From assembly GCA_030704615.1 (NCBI GenBank), contig CM060732.1, positions 11,656,001 to 11,720,000 of the forward strand: a stretch of DNA of 64,000 nt, written 5' to 3'. Below the pieces are notes generated by a model. That model was not told the origin of the DNA. It made no database searches and saw nothing but the letters and a program-made list of their open reading frames with translations. Positions within the stretch are counted from its first letter, which is position 1, and every line of letters begins with the position of its first letter. Below, one piece after another: positions 62,510 through 64,000 of this stretch. The stretch comes from Takakia lepidozioides (taxonomy: Eukaryota > Plantae > Bryophyta). A program made the translations under genes and the position numbers.

Positions 62510-64000
62510 CTTGGGAGCATGAGCATGGGAGCGGGGAGCGCCTGAAGCGCCAGACCAGGGCTGGACATAACAGGGGGTGGGGATTTGACAGCAGACCCAC
62601 TCAAGGCTCCGGCCAGCTCCGGTGACAATACTCCCACATGCGCATTTCACCTCCATCCTATGTCTAGTGCAAACCGAAAGAGACTATATTCCAAAGAGAA
62701 CTGTAAAATGTAATGGAACTAAAGCGGTGAGCGAAAATGAAACTTAGGGTAAGACGCTATTGAAAATCTAAACATACGACTGGGGGTATCATCATTTTCA
62801 CAGGTAGGTATTAACTGGGGGTAGATACTATACATCAAAAGAAAAGCATCCCCTGAGTGAGGAGCAATGAAACTTTGCTACTCAAACAACTAAACCTTTC
62901 TCACCAAACGGATTTATCCGAGTTTGCATGTATTGATGCCAAATATCTATCCATCTCTTCATGACTGACTACCCTCATCCATCCACTTTTGGAATGCCAC
63001 ATTCTTTTTTAATTTTTTTAATTTTTTTAATTTATTTTTGCCACATTCCGGTACACAATAATATTCATAGACAGCCATCATCCATTGCAGACATTAGGAT
63101 GGACGAACACCCACAAATTCACGGGTCGTCAGTAGTACTCATCCTGCAGACTGAAGGTCCGCGATGCGACATCGTACCGAAGCTACAGATTCCCTAAAGA
63201 ACTCTTCACGTCTTTGGTGCAAGTCAACATTCCCTCGCAAATGGCATGTCCCTTTGCGGATAAAATACATTCACGGTTCATTCACCTTTGCGAGTATGGA
63301 TGACAGAAATGTGACCACCAAAGCACTGTAACATTCATTGGTGAGAAAGTATTCATCTGCCTTTGCAGATGGGAAGTACCAAATTTGGACGAGGACTGGA
63401 TGGAATCCACTTCATCCGAGTGACTCTCTCTTCCAAACGGTCACCTGCTTTTGAACAGTGACACAGTTGTGGGAGAGTGATGGTTGCACTGCAGCCTTCA
63501 AGTCCACACTACATAATTCAATTGCACTTGTTCAGCTTTTTGGGTTTCACCGTTCCATACTATCACAATGATTCACACTTTCCATAGCCAAGTTTAGCAG
63601 GGACGGATGAATACTGGATGTCCGTCCCCTTTCTTTCATGAATAAATAATATACCATGGATGAAATTCATTCGTCTTTTTTTGGCTCTTTCTGCACAAGC
63701 CATGTAATGTTAGCTACGTCAATCAATCATTGAAGGATATGGTATTTAGTACTTACGTACTTTTTCCACATGTAGATAGCTTTTTTTTTCATCCAAGGCG
63801 ACAGATGTAGTGTTTTTTTCTTTTTCTATTTTCCAAAATCGTCTAAGGAGTCACATGTAAATTTTATCCAGCGCCCATGTGGCAAGAATAACGAGGTGGC
63901 AGGGTTAGAGAAGTGGCAATATAACAGGTGACACGTTTTAACGGGTCCACGTAGGCAAAATCCGGCCTCCAGATAACTATTGGCGCTTTCTGGCAAATGT

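Overview
Eukaryotic, land-plant nuclear DNA. A cob NUMT with many unedited codons and an apparent cobi420 group I intron boundary suggests a heavily RNA-editing moss (inference). Host genes: a ~21-exon organellar isoleucyl-tRNA synthetase (minus, 7816-20985), an intact single-exon PLS-class PPR-E-DYW editing factor (25281-27851, plus) and a half-size ABCG transporter (minus, 28781-33032). There are also L1-like LINE relics, a mosaic NUMT, a 7-kb scrambled field of PPR fragments (52.7-59.7 kb) and a possible virus-like SSB relic near 60.5-61 kb. The main finding is a 10.8-kb Ty3/Gypsy retrotransposon (40397-51214, minus, 4-bp CGGT target-site duplication) with four unusual properties. (1) A DNMT3-like C5 cytosine methyltransferase domain lies between protease and RT. 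(2) The integrase ends in a PHD finger. (3) It has a self-priming, Tf1-like PBS instead of a tRNA PBS. (4) Its LTRs are split and circularly permuted (B-internal-A-B-A), as expected if a 2-LTR circle were opened and integrated at an internal GACA-nn-TGTC site in one LTR. All calls were made by eye, without database searches.
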